DNA from: an uncultured Pelagibacteraceae bacterium
GTDB taxonomy: Bacteria; Pseudomonadota; Alphaproteobacteria; Pelagibacterales; Pelagibacteraceae
Assembly: GCA_902526115.1 (NCBI GenBank)
Contig: CABZJV010000002.1
Coordinates: forward strand, 1,271 to 65,270
Length of the DNA stretch: 64,000 nt
Reading direction: 5' to 3'
Shown here: piece by piece, positions 61,987-64,000 of the stretch
How positions within the stretch are numbered: the first letter of the stretch is position 1
How the letters are laid out: each line of letters starts with the position of its first letter
Made by a program: the position numbers and the translations under genes
Notes under the pieces: generated by a model
The model's database searches: none
What the model was told of the DNA's origin: nothing
Seen by the model: the letters and a program-made list of their open reading frames with translations, nothing else

Positions 61987-64000
61987 GTCTTCATCACAAA
62001 ATTTTAATCATCTTAAAATTCATACTCAATATTCAATTTGTGAAGGTGCTATTAAAATTGATGATCTCAAAGAATATTCAAAAAGCAATAAAATTAGATC
62101 TCTAGGTCTTTGCGATACTTCAAATCTTTGTGGAGCTTTAGAATTTGCTGAAAAAATATCAAAATCTGGAACACAACCTATTATTGGAACACAAATTAAC
62201 TTTAAAATTCATGACACTATTGGATTAATACCCGTGTATGCACTTAATGAAATAGGTTATAAAAATATAATTGATCTTTCATCAGCTTCATATTTAAAAA
62301 ATGATGAACTTTACGATCCACATGTAACATTTGATTATTTATTAAATAATTCTAATGGTATTGCATTATTTTCTGGAACCGTTTTTGGCTTATTTGGCAA
62401 ACTATTTGAAAAAGGAAAGTTTGCTGAAATACATGATTTATATAAACAAATTAAATCAAAATTTGGAGATCGATTTTATATTGAAATTCAGAGACATAAA
62501 GATTTAAATGAAATTGGTTTTGAAAAATTTAATTTAAAAAAATCTTTAGATCTAGAGATCCCAATAATAGCTACAAACGAAGTATATTATTTAAATAAAG
62601 AAATGCACGAAGCTCATGATGCATTAATCTGCATTGGTAATAAAACTTATGTTAATGAAAAAAATAGATTAAAATTTAGTGATCAACATTATTTTAAAGA
62701 TAATTCTGAAATGTCAGAACTATTTGCTGATTTACCAGAAGCATTAGAAAATAATTATAACTTTCCATTAAGATGTAATTTTAGACCTTTATTTTCAAAA
62801 CCAATTTTACCCAATATAAGCAAGGATAAAGATGTAGGTGCTGATGATATTTTAAGAAAAGAGTCTTTTGAAGGACTTAAAACTAAATTTGAAAAAGTTA
62901 TAAAAATTGACACTAAAAATATCGAGTCTGATATGACCTATTTAGAATACAAAAAAAGATTAGAGCATGAGCTTTCAATAATTATTAAAATGAAATATGC
63001 TAGTTATTTTCTTATCGTGTCAGACTATATCAAGTGGGCTAAAAATAACGATATTCCAGTTGGTCCTGGTAGGGGTTCGGGAGCGGGGTCTTTAGTTGCC
63101 TGGTGCTTATCTATTACAGATGTGGATCCAATTAAATTTAATTTAATATTTGAAAGATTTTTAAATCCTGACCGTATATCTATGCCTGATTTTGATATAG
63201 ATTTTTGTGAGGATAAAAGAGATCTTGTTTTTGAATATTTAACAAAAAAGTACAAAGATAGTGTCGCACATATAATTACCTTTGGAAAATTAAAAGCTAG
63301 GATGGTAATACGTGATGTAGGAAGAGTTTTAGGATTATCCTATGGTTTTGTAGACAGTATTTCTAAAATGATACCATTTGATCCTTCTAGACCTCAAAAC
63401 TTAACGCAATGTATAGCAGGTGAACCGAGACTACAAAAACTAATCAATGAAGATGCAAAAGTTAAAAAATTAACTGACTTATCACTTCAACTTGAGGGTC
63501 TAAATAGAAATGTTGCGACTCACGCGGCAGGTGTAGTTATTGCAGACAGAAAACTCAGTGAAGTAGTCCCCTTATATAAAGATAGTTCATCAGATTTATT
63601 ATTACCCTCTACTCAATTTGATATGTATTCAGCTGAAAATGCAGGATTAATAAAATTTGATTTTTTGGGTTTAAAAACACTTACTGTAATTAGCAATACC
63701 CAAAAGTTAATTAAAAAATTTGATAAAAATTTTAATATTGAAAATATTAATTTTGAAGATCAAAAAGTTTTTGATTTGTTATCAAGTGGTAAAACAGTTG
63801 GTTTGTTTCAGATTGAAAGTGCTGGAATGAGAGAAGCTCTAATACAAATGAAACCAAATCATATAGAGGATATTATTGCTCTTGTTGCCTTATATCGCCC
63901 AGGACCAATGACCAATATTCCCATATATAACGATTGTAAACATGGTAAGCAAAAACCTGATTATTTACATCCACTCTTAGAAGACATCTTAAAGCCAACA
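61979..64000 (+). CDS. dnaE: DNA polymerase III alpha subunit (runs off the window; not in ORF track)
   Basis: Hand translation MAESSSQNFNHLKIHTQYSICEGA...; GPGRGSGAGSLVA and FERFLNPDRISMPDFDIDF near 63.1-63.2 kb lie in the same frame, as does the window end. Confidence 0.96.
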   Translation, partial: MAESSSQNFNHLKIHTQYSICEGAIKIDDLKEYSKSNKIRSLGLCDTSNLCGALEFAEKISKSGTQPIIGTQINFKIHDTIGLIPVYALNEIGYKNIIDLSSASYLKNDELYDPHVTFDYLLNNSNGIALFSGTVFGLFGKLFEKGKFAEIHDLYKQIKSKFGDRFYIEIQRHKDLNEIGFEKFNLKKSLDLEIPIIATNEVYYLNKEMHEAHDALICIGNKTYVNEKNRLKFSDQHYFKDNSEMSELFADLPEALENNYNFPLRCNFRPLFSKPILPNISKDKDVGADDILRKESFEGLKTKFEKVIKIDTKNIESDMTYLEYKKRLEHELSIIIKMKYASYFLIVSDYIKWAKNNDIPVGPGRGSGAGSLVAWCLSITDVDPIKFNLIFERFLNPDRISMPDFDIDFCEDKRDLVFEYLTKKYKDSVAHIITFGKLKARMVIRDVGRVLGLSYGFVDSISKMIPFDPSRPQNLTQCIAGEPRLQKLINEDAKVKKLTDLSLQLEGLNRNVATHAAGVVIADRKLSEVVPLYKDSSSDLLLPSTQFDMYSAENAGLIKFDFLGLKTLTVISNTQKLIKKFDKNFNIENINFEDQKVFDLLSSGKTVGLFQIESAGMREALIQMKPNHIEDIIALVALYRPGPMTNIPIYNDCKHGKQKPDYLHPLLEDILKPT

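Noticed and set aside
945-63255. Short antisense or nested ORFs in the track (e.g. 945-1130, 5606-6516, 6863-7096, 8302-8882, 19752-20012, 32583-32963, 34689-35093, 57099-57440, 60428-61144, 63025-63255)
   Set aside because: They lie within or opposite well-supported genes and have no motifs; typical shadow ORFs.
1-64000. CRISPR array, riboswitch, rRNA or tandem repeat array
   Set aside because: All remaining intergenic gaps are short (about 160 nt or less) and AT-rich; reading them showed no repeat-spacer pattern or recognisable structured RNA beyond three tRNAs and two hairpins. A covariance-model search was not possible.
61979-64000. Apparent 2-kb ORF-free region, or an intein in dnaE
   Set aside because: It is dnaE running off the window edge; spot checks at the start, 63.1 kb and the end are in one frame with normal motif spacing.

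Overview
AT-rich, tightly packed alphaproteobacterial DNA; gene content, protein style and minimal intergenic spacing point to a SAR11/Pelagibacterales genome. There are four blocks. (1) 1-20.3 kb is an organosulfonate/sulfite cluster: aprM-aprB-aprA, TauE and YeiH/SuyZ-type exporters, suyAB and xsc, then an HpsO-like SDR, TerC, an IseJ-like GMC flavoprotein and a divergent TRAP transporter. An SGNH-sxtJ-sxtK-carbamoyltransferase cassette interrupts it. (2) 20.3-31.1 kb holds small housekeeping genes, tRNA-Leu and tig-clpP-clpX-lon. lon breaks off at about 31,099, before its protease domain, and the HU gene usually found next is absent. (3) 31.1-41.2 kb is an 8-gene accessory catabolic island with no regulator: TRAP, an atypical crotonase, a family III CoA-transferase, an FAD/Fe-S 2-hydroxyacid dehydrogenase, an enolase-superfamily enzyme and a serine/alanine-glyoxylate-type aminotransferase. 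Its substrate is unknown and it may feed glyoxylate to glycine. (4) 41.4-64 kb is core genome: tRNA-Val, tRNA-Asp, nuoA-N, birA, coaX, rnj, DUF1467, proS, lolE, lolD and partial dnaE. No CRISPR array, integrase, transposase or rRNA was seen. Family calls come from motif recognition by eye, not from database searches.
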